A DNA stretch of 64,000 nucleotides, from contig CBDANF010000003.1 in NCBI GenBank assembly GCA_965197475.1, positions 2,784,001 to 2,848,000 of the forward strand. The letters run 5' to 3'. This DNA comes from Candidatus Poribacteria bacterium. Lineage in GTDB: Bacteria; Poribacteria; WGA-4E; WGA-3G. Shown one piece after another: positions 8,539-19,312 of this stretch (its first letter is position 1; each line of letters starts with the position of its first letter). The position numbers and the translations under genes were made by a program. A model generated the notes under the pieces. That model was not told where the DNA came from, did no database searches, and saw only the letters and a program-made list of their open reading frames with translations.

Positions 8539-9777
8539 CTAACCGGAAAACTTTCGGATAACTACAGAGGTGTTGTGCCCACCAAAGCCGAATGCGTTGG
8601 AAAGGACGACTTCACTCTTTGCATCACGACTCTCATTTGGAACATAATCCAGATCACATTCTTCATCTGGCACTTCGTAGTTGATAGTCGGCGGAAAAAA
8701 GCCTTTTTCCATTCCCCCTATGCAGGCGATGAGTTCCACAGCACCTGCCGCACCAAGCAGATGTCCAACCATAGACTTAGTGGAACTAACCGGAATTTTG
8801 TAGGCTCGTTCCCCGAAGAGGGATTTAATAGCGTTAGTTTCAGCGATGTCACCACGCGGAGTTGAGGTGCCGTGTGCGTTAATATAATTAACGGCATCTA
8901 TAGGAAGTTTTGCATCGCTGAGTGCAAATTCCATAGCTTTAGCTGCACCTTCGCCGTTTTCAGGCGGACTCACCATATCGCGCGCATCCGAAGTCATGCC
9001 GAATCCGGCAATTTCAGCGTAGATATAGGCACCACGTTTTTTTGCATGCGAAAGCGATTCAAGGATAAGAATTCCTGCGCCATCCCCCATCACAAAGCCA
9101 TCACGGTCTTTGTTGAATGGACGAGACGCACGTTCGGGTTCATGGTTGCGTTCAGACATTGCACGCATTGAGCAGAACCCTGCAAAAGCCAAAGGTGTAA
9201 TAGCGGATTCAGCTCCACCTGTAAACATCACATCTGTATATCCGTGCTGAATCAAACGAAATGATTCCCCAATGGAATGATTAGAAGATGCACAAGCAGT
9301 AACAGAAGCAGAACTGGGGCCTTTTAGGTTAAACTGTATAGACACCTGTCCGGATGCCATATTAATGATCATAAACGGCACGAGAAATGGACTGACGCGT
9401 TGAGGACCTCTATCCATAAGGACTTCTGCGTTCTCCTCAAGGACACCTATGCCACCGACACCAGACCCGATTTGGACCCCTGCACGATAGGGATCTACTT
9501 TGGACATATCCAAACCGGCATCTTCATGTGCCATCATAGAAGCAGCAAGTGCGTACTGAATGAAAAGCGGAAGACGAGATGCAGCTTTCTTATCCAGATA
9601 CTTTTCCGCTTCAAAGTTCTTAACCTCAGCGGCGATCTGAGTGCGATATTCGCTTGCATCAAAATAGGTTAAAGGTCCGATTCCGTTTTTACCGACAGCA
9701 AGCGCATCCCAATATTCTTCTTTCGTGTTGGCAATTGCGTTGAGGACACCGATTCCTGTAATAACTACACGCTCCAC
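8539..9777 (-). CDS. fabF: 3-oxoacyl-ACP synthase II
   Basis: [43 protein letters not shown]; GTG start with RBS. Confidence 0.96.
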   Translation of the reverse strand: MERVVITGIGVLNAIANTKEEYWDALAVGKNGIGPLTYFDASEYRTQIAAEVKNFEAEKYLDKKAASRLPLFIQYALAASMMAHEDAGLDMSKVDPYRAGVQIGSGVGGIGVLEENAEVLMDRGPQRVSPFLVPFMIINMASGQVSIQFNLKGPSSASVTACASSNHSIGESFRLIQHGYTDVMFTGGAESAITPLAFAGFCSMRAMSERNHEPERASRPFNKDRDGFVMGDGAGILILESLSHAKKRGAYIYAEIAGFGMTSDARDMVSPPENGEGAAKAMEFALSDAKLPIDAVNYINAHGTSTPRGDIAETNAIKSLFGERAYKIPVSSTKSMVGHLLGAAGAVELIACIGGMEKGFFPPTINYEVPDEECDLDYVPNESRDAKSEVVLSNAFGFGGHNTSVVIRKFSG

Positions 9778-9861
9778 GAGACCGATCCTTTTCTTAAGTA
9801 GGTGAAAAGGGCATGTAGTTTTCGGCTGCATGCCCTCAAGAAATTAGTTAAATATGTGAAT

Positions 9862-10095
9862 CTATACATGCTCATCTAAGTAATCAAGGGCATCTTGAAC
9901 AGTTTGTATCTTTTCAGCGTCGCTGTCAGGGATCTCAAGGTCAAATTCCTCTTCAAGTGCCATCACCAATTCAACGGTATCAAGCGAGTCCGCCCCCAAG
10001 TCTTCCATAAATGACGCGTCTGAGGTTACGTTATCTGCGTCAATACCGAGTTGGTGTGAGATGATTTCAATAAGACGTTCTTCGTTTGTTGCCAT
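9862..10095 (-). CDS. acpP: Acyl carrier protein
   Basis: [20 protein letters not shown]. Confidence 0.98.
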   Translation of the reverse strand: MATNEERLIEIISHQLGIDADNVTSDASFMEDLGADSLDTVELVMALEEEFDLEIPDSDAEKIQTVQDALDYLDEHV

Positions 10096-10279
10096 AATAT
10101 GTTATTAATCTCCTATCATAAGGGCGGATAAATCAACTACAATTGAATGGTTGCTGGATCCGCTCCTACGTTAAAAATTTCAAGGTTAACTTGTAGGGTA
10201 AGTTCCATATCCACACCTGTCCCTACGGTAAGCCAATAGTAAAAAACAAATTTACTGCCTATGGGCAGAGAGATATAAG

Positions 10280-11044
10280 TTACATTACCATGCCACCGTC
10301 AACCTGCAGGGTTTGTCCGGTGATATAGCGTGCGGCATCAGATGCCAAAAAGCAGACAGTGTCTGCCACATCTTCTGGGGTGCCAAAGTTCTGTAATGGA
10401 ATAAGTTCAAGCAATTTTTTCTGAAACTCTTCAGGTATTTTTGCTGTCATGTCGGTCGTAATAAATCCAGGTGCGATAGCGTTTACGGTAATGCCTCGCG
10501 TGCCAACCTCTTTTGCCGTCGTTTTTGTTAAACCTATGATGCCAGCTTTCGCTGCGGCATAACTCGCTTGTCCTGCATTTCCCATCAATCCGATAACTGA
10601 CGAGATATTGATGATACGTCCGCTTTTTTGCCGTATCATCGGACGCAGTACTGCACGAGTGCAGTACATCGTTCCCGTAAGATTTGTCTGTAAAACGGCA
10701 TCCCAATCTTCATCCTTGAGACGCATCAGCAACATATCACGCGTAATGCCAGCATTGTTCACAAGGATATCAATTTTCAAAAACTGTTCAATTGTTTCTT
10801 CAATAAGTGCTGCAACATCTTCCTTTTTGGAAATGTCAGCAGCCATCGCGTGTGTAGTGTAACCTTTGTCTTTCAACACATTAGCGGTTTGCGAAACGCT
10901 CTCGGTGGAACGTGAGCAAATCACAACGTTCGCGCCAACTTCACAGAGCCTGTGTGCGATTGCTGCACCAATGCCTCGCGACGCACCCGTTACGATTGCC
11001 GTTTTTCCATTCAGCATATCCTCTGAAAAAACACGTTGTTCCAT
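10280..11044 (-). CDS. fabG: 3-oxoacyl-ACP reductase
   Basis: TGASRGIG, NNAGITRD, YAAAK; operon context. Confidence 0.96.
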   Translation of the reverse strand: MEQRVFSEDMLNGKTAIVTGASRGIGAAIAHRLCEVGANVVICSRSTESVSQTANVLKDKGYTTHAMAADISKKEDVAALIEETIEQFLKIDILVNNAGITRDMLLMRLKDEDWDAVLQTNLTGTMYCTRAVLRPMIRQKSGRIINISSVIGLMGNAGQASYAAAKAGIIGLTKTTAKEVGTRGITVNAIAPGFITTDMTAKIPEEFQKKLLELIPLQNFGTPEDVADTVCFLASDAARYITGQTLQVDGGMVM

Positions 11045-11983
11045 CTATCCACCATTTCCATATTCATCTGTCACGAGTGAGAGTGTATCAACGTCTTTAA
11101 CGTTCAAAGCATAACTTTCGGGCAACGTCCGTTTCACCAAGCCAGATAAAACTTTCCCCGGTCCAACCTCAACAAAATCCATGATTCCACTTTTCTCAAT
11201 AGTGTGTAGCGTTTTTTCCCATTGAACAGGTTGTGTTATCTGTTGAAAAAGCAGATATTTGATGTTATCTGTATCCGTTGCCAACTCACCTGTAACGTTC
11301 ATCACTATATCAATTTGCGGGGGACGTAGCGTCACCGAGTCAAGGACAAATTGAAACTTCTGTTGTGCTGATTCCATCAGTGGTGAGTGAAAAGCACCAC
11401 TTACTGGTAAGGAACGACACCGCCTTGCACCAATTTCCGCCGAGGCGAGCGTGACAACCTGATTGACAGCATCAACTTCCCCTGAAATTACCAATTGTCC
11501 GGGACAGTTGTAATTGGCGATCTTAACTACACCATCAACTTTTTCACAGAAACGCTGGAGTTGCACTGCTTCCATGCCAAGGATTGCTGCCATTGTGCCA
11601 TTCTGTTTCTCACCTGCTTCCGCCATAAACTGCGCACGCGCACTTACCAATTGTAACGCATCCGCAAATTCAAGTACGCCAGATGCTACCAGCGCGGAAT
11701 ACTCCCCCAAACTATGCCCTGCTACAACCTTCGGCGCAATCTCTAATTGTGTTAGTACTCTCAATGTCGCTACACTGCACGTTAAAATAGCAAGTTGTGT
11801 GTTTTCAGTCTGCTTTAGTTCTGTTTCTGGCCCCTCAAAACAGAGTTGGCTTAATGTTTTTCCGAGAGACGCATCTGCTTCATCAAAAACAGCTCTGGCA
11901 ATCGGGTAGGTCTGCGCCAATTCAGCTCCCATGCCGACTTTCTGTGACCCTTGTCCTGGGAATATAAAGGCGATTTGCGTCAT
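11045..11983 (-). CDS. fabD: Malonyl-CoA:ACP transacylase
   Basis: FPGQGSQ, GHSLGEY, VSGAFHS. Confidence 0.97.
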   Translation of the reverse strand: MTQIAFIFPGQGSQKVGMGAELAQTYPIARAVFDEADASLGKTLSQLCFEGPETELKQTENTQLAILTCSVATLRVLTQLEIAPKVVAGHSLGEYSALVASGVLEFADALQLVSARAQFMAEAGEKQNGTMAAILGMEAVQLQRFCEKVDGVVKIANYNCPGQLVISGEVDAVNQVVTLASAEIGARRCRSLPVSGAFHSPLMESAQQKFQFVLDSVTLRPPQIDIVMNVTGELATDTDNIKYLLFQQITQPVQWEKTLHTIEKSGIMDFVEVGPGKVLSGLVKRTLPESYALNVKDVDTLSLVTDEYGNGG

Positions 11984-12096
11984 TTTGTGTGTGGGGCTTA
12001 AAGAAGTTTTAGCGTTTATGGTAAAGCCGTGTTATTATTGATAGCGCGCGTACAAAGCAATGACTACGAGTTTTATACTCAAACTATAGTCCGTAT

Positions 12097-13086
12097 TTAC
12101 AACCGTAAGAGCGTACTTCCCCATGTCAAACCAGCACCAAAAGTAACAAGCAGTATAAGGTCCCCAGGTTTTGCACTTCCTTCTCGAATGGCTTCATCTA
12201 ATGCGATAATTATAGTTGCTGCAGAGGTATTACCGTATTTATCAACGTTCACATAAACCTTTTCACGTGGCACGCCAAGCCTATGTCCCACTGCTTCAAT
12301 GATACGCAAGTTCGCTTGATGTGGTATTAATAGATCGATTTCATCAATACTGACATTTGCTTTCCGTAGCACACGTTCTGCAGCTTCTGGCATGAGCCGA
12401 ACCCCGAGTTTGAAAACTTCCCGACCATTCATTTGAATTTTATTCAAATTCTGGTCAATTGCCTCTGATGTTACCGGCATTCTTGACCCGCCAGCAGGGA
12501 TGCCGAGTAGATTGATATCGGCATAATCGCCATCAGAACCGATATAAGAGGCAAGGATTCCTTTTGGTTCTTCAGTGGCTTGGACAACGGCAGCACCGGC
12601 ACCATCACCAAAAAGCACGCAGGTGTTTCTATCGTTCCAGTCTACAATATTGTTAAAAACTTCACCACCGACTACAAGAATAGTATCATACTGTCCAGAT
12701 ATAATCAAGCCGTTTGCTAAATCAAGCCCATACAGGAACCCAGAACATGCTGCTGATATGTCCATCGCAGAAGCGTTTTTTGCACCGATACCTTTCTGCA
12801 CATAACAAGCAGTTGATGGGAAAAACGTGTCGGGTGTAACAGTAGCGACGAGAATCATATCAATTTCAATTGGGTCAATTTGTGCGTGTTTAATAGCCAA
12901 TCGAGATGCATGCACACTTAGGTCCGATGTAGCGACATCATTTTCGGCGATTCGCCGCTCAACAATGCCTGTGCGTTGGCGAATCCATTCGTCGCTGGTA
13001 TCCACCATCTTTTCGAGATCAAAATTGGTTAAAACGGTTTCAGGTAGATAAGCACCCGTCCCTATGATTGCTGCATATCGATCCAT
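12097..13086 (-). CDS. fabH: 3-oxoacyl-ACP synthase III
   Basis: AACSGF, FGDGAGA, PHQAN, YGNTSAA, FGAGLTWG. Confidence 0.97.
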   Translation of the reverse strand: MDRYAAIIGTGAYLPETVLTNFDLEKMVDTSDEWIRQRTGIVERRIAENDVATSDLSVHASRLAIKHAQIDPIEIDMILVATVTPDTFFPSTACYVQKGIGAKNASAMDISAACSGFLYGLDLANGLIISGQYDTILVVGGEVFNNIVDWNDRNTCVLFGDGAGAAVVQATEEPKGILASYIGSDGDYADINLLGIPAGGSRMPVTSEAIDQNLNKIQMNGREVFKLGVRLMPEAAERVLRKANVSIDEIDLLIPHQANLRIIEAVGHRLGVPREKVYVNVDKYGNTSAATIIIALDEAIREGSAKPGDLILLVTFGAGLTWGSTLLRL

Positions 13087-13185
13087 GCTAAAAAATCCTT
13101 TTTAGCCGATTTATTAATAATCAACACAATAGAATAAATGTGTGAGAAAGGTCAATCGGCGATAATTGAGACGCTGATGCTTTGT

Positions 13186-13371
13186 CTACATTTCTTCTGT
13201 AGACCTTAGAACCGATCGTCCTTTGTAGTGCCCACAATGCTTACAGACTCGATGCGAAACCATCATTTCACCGCAATATAAGCAATCTGTAATAACCTGA
13301 CTCCGGAGCGCGTGATGACTTCTCCGCATTCTTTTCTTCGATTTTGATGTTTTACGTTTTGGATGTGCCAT
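13186..13371 (-). CDS. rpmF: 50S ribosomal protein L32
   Basis: MAHPKRKTSKSKKRMRRSH, two CxxC zinc motifs. Confidence 0.96.
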   Translation of the reverse strand: MAHPKRKTSKSKKRMRRSHHALRSQVITDCLYCGEMMVSHRVCKHCGHYKGRSVLRSTEEM

Positions 13372-13975
13372 TTTTAGAAATTATCTCCTTACGGCTTTCT
13401 GGCTTAGATTTATTTTCCAACTTTGCTGCCTCTAACAACTGCGGAAGATCGGCAAAAGGCGAAGTGACATAGGGTGCTCCAGATTCAACTTCATCTGTAT
13501 TTTCGCAAGTGCAGTATTCTTCATTCAGATTTGCCCCGCACCCAGCACATAAGCCTTCACACGTCTGTGAGCAGAGAGGCCAAATCGGTATCTGGATTAC
13601 TAATGCTCGTCGTGAGTCTTCAGAAATGTCAAACGTTTCACCGTCATAGTAGCGTTCTCCGTCCTCAACATTATCAGACTCAATCTCTGCGGGGTTACTA
13701 TTTGGAGTGAACTGTACTTCAAACGTTGCTACAATATCCATCTTAAACGGTTCAAGACATTTGCCGCATTGCATTTCTATCGCTGTGGACACCTCAGCTT
13801 TGACGTAGACATTATCCTCACCGTGACGAAGCAATTGAACGATGCCTCGCACTATGCTAATAAATTGCATGTCTTCAAAGTCCAGCTCAAGCTGCGAGGT
13901 TGGGATTTCTACTTCATAATTGTTAAAGACTCCGTCCCGAATATTTCTTACGTCAAAAACCAACGTGTTTTTCAT
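13352..13975 (-). CDS. yceD: DUF177/YceD family protein
   Basis: CGKCLEP, LCSQTCEGLCAGCGANLN; directly upstream of rpmF. Confidence 0.92.
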   Translation of the reverse strand: MKNTLVFDVRNIRDGVFNNYEVEIPTSQLELDFEDMQFISIVRGIVQLLRHGEDNVYVKAEVSTAIEMQCGKCLEPFKMDIVATFEVQFTPNSNPAEIESDNVEDGERYYDGETFDISEDSRRALVIQIPIWPLCSQTCEGLCAGCGANLNEEYCTCENTDEVESGAPYVTSPFADLPQLLEAAKLENKSKPESRKEIISKNGTSKT

Positions 13976-13992
13976 CGTTTTGCCTGTCGAAT

Positions 13993-15315
13993 TTAAAAGG
14001 CCACTTCTTCTTCAATTCTGATGAGTTTCGCACCACCTTTAACGACTTCTAACTTTAATATCTGTTCAAGCGCAGCTTTCATGTTTTTTTCACGGGCTGT
14101 ATGGGTTAACATCATAAGCGAAACAGTCTCGGTATCGTGCGGTTCTTTTTGAACGACTGAGGCAATACTGATATTACAGTTTCCTAAGATGTTGCCAATA
14201 CTCGCTAAAACCCCTGGACGATCAATTACTACAAAACGAAGGTAATAACGCGTTTCAATATCGTCAATAGAGCAGACAGTAATTTCAGTTTGCGAATTCG
14301 CAAGCCAGGCATGGGAAATCGGTGAACTTACACCCCACTGGATAGATTTCGCAGCATCAATAATATCTGCAACAACCGCGCTGGCGGTAGGCATTTCGCC
14401 TGCCCCCTGTCCATAAAAGAGCGTTGGACCGACAGCCGAACCGATGACGCAGACAGCATTAAAGGCACCACCAACGTTCGCTAATAGACTCCGCTCTGGC
14501 AGAAGTGTCGGATGTACCCGAGCCTCTACACGATTGTCATTAGTTAACTTTGCAATAGCGATCAGTTTGATCGTATAACCAAGTTCATGCGCATATTGAA
14601 TCTCTTTCTGGGAAATGTCGGTGATACCTTCAACATGGAATTGGTCAATTGAGAGATTCACACCATAGGCAAGTGCGATGAGAAGGGACAGTTTTTGGGC
14701 GGCATCAATACCCTCAATATCAAGTGTTGGATCGGCTTCAGCATAACCTTTTTCCTGAGCATCTTTAAGCACATCAGAAAAATCGACACCACGTTCGTGC
14801 ATTTCAGTCAGCATGTAGTTACAAGTGCCGTTTACAATACCGTAAATGGATTGAATTTGATTGGCAGTGAAACTTTCTTGGAGCGTTTTGATAATAGGAA
14901 TGCCGCCCGCGGTGCTCGCCTCAAAATTGAGACTCACCTGATGTTTCTGTGCCAATTGGAACAACTCACCTCCATGTTCTGCCAAGAGTGCTTTGTTCGC
15001 TGTCACGACGTGCTTACCGTTTCGGATTGCACGAGTAATGAGTGAATGTGCATCCGTAATACCACCGACGAGTTCCACGACGATATCAATTTCAGGATTG
15101 TCAACGACTTCAGCAGGGTCGCTAGTTAAACAGTCATCGGGCAGTTCAATCCCATGCCGCGAAGCAGGAATTGTCCGTTTCACTACTTTTTTTAGGCACA
15201 ATTGGACACCGCTGTTTTTAGAGATAAGCGTATTTTGATTTACCAGAATTTTGGAAACGCCGGTACCGACTGTTCCCCATCCTAAAATGCCTACATTGAT
15301 ACACGATTTATCCAC
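13993..15315 (-). CDS. hom: Homoserine dehydrogenase with ACT domain
   Basis: [31 protein letters not shown]-terminal DRPGVL ACT domain; start uncertain. Confidence 0.95.
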   Translation of the reverse strand: MDKSCINVGILGWGTVGTGVSKILVNQNTLISKNSGVQLCLKKVVKRTIPASRHGIELPDDCLTSDPAEVVDNPEIDIVVELVGGITDAHSLITRAIRNGKHVVTANKALLAEHGGELFQLAQKHQVSLNFEASTAGGIPIIKTLQESFTANQIQSIYGIVNGTCNYMLTEMHERGVDFSDVLKDAQEKGYAEADPTLDIEGIDAAQKLSLLIALAYGVNLSIDQFHVEGITDISQKEIQYAHELGYTIKLIAIAKLTNDNRVEARVHPTLLPERSLLANVGGAFNAVCVIGSAVGPTLFYGQGAGEMPTASAVVADIIDAAKSIQWGVSSPISHAWLANSQTEITVCSIDDIETRYYLRFVVIDRPGVLASIGNILGNCNISIASVVQKEPHDTETVSLMMLTHTAREKNMKAALEQILKLEVVKGGAKLIRIEEEVAF

Positions 15316-15401
15316 GACTGAAACTGCCTCTTTTGTGTACGTTCGGACCTGATTTAGCTGGAAACGGACAGATATGCAAATCCGTTTTAACACTCAAAAA
15401 A

Positions 15402-15475
15402 TCGGGGCGACTGGATTCGAACCAGCGACCTCTTGAACCCCATTCAAGCGCGCTTCCGGGCTGCGCCACGCCCCG
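15402..15475 (-). tRNA. tRNA-Pro(GGG)
   Basis: CGGGGCGTGGCGCAGCCCGGAAGCGCGCTTGAATGGGGTTCAAGAGGTCGCTGGTTCGAATCCAGTCGCCCCGA cloverleaf; CCA not encoded. Confidence 0.96.
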
Positions 15476-15640
15476 TTTTAAAATTTAATTACCCTATTAT
15501 AGTATCACAAATTTATGGAAAAGTCAAGTTAAATTGTTTAGAAGAGCCCGTAAAGTTTTAACATTAAGCACTAATTACATAAAATTTGAAAATGTGTGGA
15601 CATTTAAAATTGTGTGAATTGTAGACGCATCTTACATTTT

Positions 15641-15668
15641 CTGAAACCTGAAGTCTAATGTAGACGTT
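15641..15668 (+). promoter_or_regulatory. Putative ECF-type promoter
   Basis: GAAAC-N17-CGTT, matched by GTAAC-N17-CGTT at 46481-46507. Confidence 0.4.
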
Positions 15669-15848
15669 AACACGTAGTATATAGTTGTAACGAAAAATCT
15701 ACATTGGCATCAACCATATTTTCGTATAAGGAGACTTAACAGTGTTTTAAAGAGAACCATAATAGGAACCGGAAGTCCCATCCAGAAATATACTGGGAGT
15801 TACTGACCTGCACACACGACGCAGGAAACCAATAAAGGAGAAACGGAT

Positions 15849-17357
15849 ATGATGACATTCATAAAAGAATTTTGGAAATCTTCTCTACTCGGTGCGCTTG
15901 GGGCACTCGTGTTACTCTATATCGGACTTTTTATTTACGATGGACTGACCGAGAACGCAACACAAGAAGTAGTAGATGCAAACGCCTACAACACCGCAAA
16001 ACCCTCGCCACCCGGTGCAGCACATGGCGGACACTGGCACGGAAACGAATGGCACGATGCCCCGCACACCCCGCCGAAAATCAAACGCGTGCGTACCAAG
16101 ACCAATGCCCGCCGAAACCGCGCACTAAAGAATATTGGACCTATCCTCCCTATCACATGTGCCGTTCCAGTAACACCACCTCTCCCAACAGATATCCAGA
16201 CGCTCCTTAACCAGATATATAAAGAAATGGTTATAGCAGGAACAATGTACGAAATACGAGATGGCGAAAAAGTTGTAACTGAGGCAGCATACAAAAGAAG
16301 GTATGACGCGCTTGTCGGCGATATGTACCCAGAGGACGCTGTCGCCTTCCTTGAAATATATCAAATTTATAACCCACTCATTTTAGCCGAACTGAAACCT
16401 CGCCGCGCCATTGACTATCTCTATAAAGTGAGGGCGCGTCAGAAAAACAGAGAAACCTACGCAAAAAGTGTCCTTGCCAGAGACCCAGGCAATCCGAATG
16501 CCCAAATGGTGCTGCTGAGTGCAGAACCGAATAACGCGACAGCGGCTGCGGGATACCGAGATATCGTCAACAGAGAACCTGAGAACATCGGTGCACTCAA
16601 CGCATTAGGATATCGTTTACATTACGACCATCCAGAGGAGGCAATTGGATACCTAAAGAAAGCAAACGGTCTTGACTCCACACTTGGGTATTTTAGTTTA
16701 GGATTGGCGTCCGAACGGCTCGGTGATGTCAAAACCGCATGGCTCTACTACAGGAAGCAGCAAACGATACAGAACGGTGACCTCGTTGAACTACATAAAC
16801 GCGCCATTGAAATGGGCAACCCTCTGTATAAACCAATTTCGCGCACATCTTCCCCGATACAAAAATCCGATGAAGTGCCATTAGATATTGGGACAGCACC
16901 ACACGAAGAAATGTTGGTACCGGTGGCAGAAGAAACTCCATGGCTACCGGAACTTCCATCCCAGGAACGCCACCCATCGGAAAATCAACTGACAGACAAG
17001 GATAGCCAAAAAGCCACACGTGCCGAAGTTACACGCGCAGAATTCCAACGACAGCAAGCTGCCGCACAACGGGAGCTTGAAGAGTTCCTCAAATGGGCGG
17101 AAAGCATCATGAACACGGAGGATGCTACTGATTTCGATGGCTTCCTTTCAAAGGAGTTCGCGGCACACCTCGACGGCGATGATGCTCTGTTTGCACCCGA
17201 ACGCACCGTCCGCGCTTATGAAATGATTGAACGATACGGGCCCGATAAAGGCTTGCAGAAGCTTAAAGAAAAGGACCCTGAACTTGCGGAACAGATGGAA
17301 CGTCTCATTGAAGCAAAACAACCATCTCGCCGTAATAAGTCGCAAAATAGAAAATGA
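15849..17357 (+). CDS. Membrane-anchored protein with a His/Trp motif and TPR-like region
   Basis: N-terminal TM segment, HGGHWHGNEWHDAPH motif, TPR-like ALNALGY..EEAIGYLKKA; RBS AAGGAG. Confidence 0.85.
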   Translation: MMTFIKEFWKSSLLGALGALVLLYIGLFIYDGLTENATQEVVDANAYNTAKPSPPGAAHGGHWHGNEWHDAPHTPPKIKRVRTKTNARRNRALKNIGPILPITCAVPVTPPLPTDIQTLLNQIYKEMVIAGTMYEIRDGEKVVTEAAYKRRYDALVGDMYPEDAVAFLEIYQIYNPLILAELKPRRAIDYLYKVRARQKNRETYAKSVLARDPGNPNAQMVLLSAEPNNATAAAGYRDIVNREPENIGALNALGYRLHYDHPEEAIGYLKKANGLDSTLGYFSLGLASERLGDVKTAWLYYRKQQTIQNGDLVELHKRAIEMGNPLYKPISRTSSPIQKSDEVPLDIGTAPHEEMLVPVAEETPWLPELPSQERHPSENQLTDKDSQKATRAEVTRAEFQRQQAAAQRELEEFLKWAESIMNTEDATDFDGFLSKEFAAHLDGDDALFAPERTVRAYEMIERYGPDKGLQKLKEKDPELAEQMERLIEAKQPSRRNKSQNRK

Positions 17358-17415
17358 AGAATGTCCCAGTGTTTTAGATTTAACCATAAACCCATCATAG
17401 AAAAAGGAGAGTCAA

Positions 17416-18860
17416 ATGAAATTTACTTATGTTTTAATCGGCACCTTGTGCCTCCTATGCCTCTTTATTCCTGGAAACATAGGTCTCGTAGCACAACAAA
17501 CAACGAGCATTCAGATTGAACAACCATATCTTGATCCAAATTGGCGACCAACAGCTTACTCTTACCTGACTAATGACATAGTCGTTACCGTACCCACCGG
17601 TTTCTCCAGCGGTACGCTGGTCGCAGAACTCCAGAATGTGACAGAATACGATGGTGATTCTGGGAATACGACGTGTACAGGCCCTGGCGAACAAGATGCG
17701 AACAAGATCTAACGCTACCTAAAAATACGGATTATAATGCGGGGTGGGTGAAGGATGGGAGCACACTCACGTACACCCTTAGCACTTCTGAGAGCGAGCA
17801 GACAATATCCCTTAGCATTTTCTGTACGGATTACGCCGCTTATGGCGAATTAGTATTGACTGCATCCGGCTCCGGCTACACATCCAACACTGTCACCCTA
17901 AAGATACCCAGAGATGAGAACGGCAATAAAATTGCTGATGGCTGGCGAAACGATGCAACCGTGAACTATGGGCGAGATGACGATAATGATAGTGGGCCCA
18001 ATTCTAAAACTGGCGATAGCATCACTGTCCTCAACGAATATCGTGGTCTCTACGTCAACGGCACCTGGACAGATACCGACCCCGATGGCTGGGATGTCTT
18101 CGTTCGTTCCGATGTCGGCATCGGCTATGCCAATTATTTACCTATGACTGTCCATGAAATGTCATCAACGGAGGTATGTTGGGATACCGGGCGTGTCTAC
18201 CCCTTTGAAATCGCAAGAGAGAGTGGTGAAACATGGAGACATGTTTACGCCATTAGAGTTGCCGAAGACACTGCGACAGAGGACGACGATGGTGACCCCA
18301 TTACGTTGTTGGGAATAATGACATATGGACCTCCCGTAAGTAACACAACAGGGACCATCTACACAACGAACATAACGGACTGTACATCTATGCTTGGTGT
18401 GACGGATGTTGCACGTTTTACAAATGTTGTCATTGCCCATGAAATCGGGCACGGTGTTACTCTCCAACACTGTCCGAGATATGACTCGCCCAACTGTTAT
18501 CTGTGGCGACTTCCGGACGATGCAACTGCTTTTACAACCGAGTATGCTAGTCATCATGATCAAGACTATGATCTAATTTACCACCACACCGATTTTGAGA
18601 ATATGCAGCGTCAAGCTTCTGGTCCTACTCCTTTTAGGGAGTATAGTTCTGATGGAAGAATATATACCCGATGTTTTGAAGATGTTAATGCGGACGGTGT
18701 TGTTGATATTATAGACCTATTGCTGGTTGCGTCGTATATATCGGATTCAAGTGGATGGGAACAATATGTTGCAGATGTTAACCGTGACGGTTTTGTTAAT
18801 ATTTCAGATTTAGAACGTATGGCAGCGGCATTTAGAAATGCGGATTGCCCTACTGAATAA
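17416..18860 (+). pseudogene. Secreted HEXXH metalloprotease-like/dockerin protein split by an 11-bp tandem duplication
   Basis: Signal peptide ORF 17416-17712 plus ORF to 18860 (IAHEIGHGVTLQH; DVNADGVVDIIDL dockerin); GCGAACAAGAT duplicated at 17687-17708. Confidence 0.85.
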
Positions 18861-18908
18861 TAGCTGTGCGTTCGATACTCTATGTCTACAACAGTAGTAA
18901 TAGTAGTG

Positions 18909-19038
18909 CTATGTCCACCTAATTTTGTGGGTAAAGGTCACGATTCGGAGATCGTTCCTACAGAAATGTAGCGTATTGTAGGAGGGAATTCCGATTCTCG
19001 ACTATTCTCACGATTTACAATCTGAAAGTGGACACCAG
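18909..19038. repeat. Inverted pair of GTAG-type REPs in a short element
   Basis: GTCACGATTCGGAGATCGTTCCTAC and GTAGGAGGGAATTCCGATTCTCGAC in inverted orientation; ends TGTCCAC/GTGGACA. Confidence 0.55.
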
Positions 19039-19063
19039 TAGATTGGGTAGAACTTGCAACCCA

Positions 19064-19255
19064 TAAGTGTCAATTTAGCGCGTCAGTTGTCAGTTACGTA
19101 CTCATCCTGGTATGTGCGGTGAATCCACACCAAATGTGTATAAGGTATTTGTCGGGAAACCGCACCTGCCAGGGTGTGACATAAGCACGGTTAGGAAGTT
19201 CCACCTACCGGTCCGAAGGTATCAGCGTGTAACTCTTTTCTTAAATTGACAGTTA
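19064..19255. repeat. MITE with 14-bp TIRs containing REPs
   Basis: TAAGTGTCAATTTA / TAAATTGACAGTTA (13/14); internal GAAACCGCACCTGCC and CACCTACC REP motifs. Confidence 0.6.
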
Positions 19256-19312
19256 TAGGTTTCATTCTGTTCAAGCCAATCTACGTTGATAAGCAACAAG
19301 AGGAACTCTACA

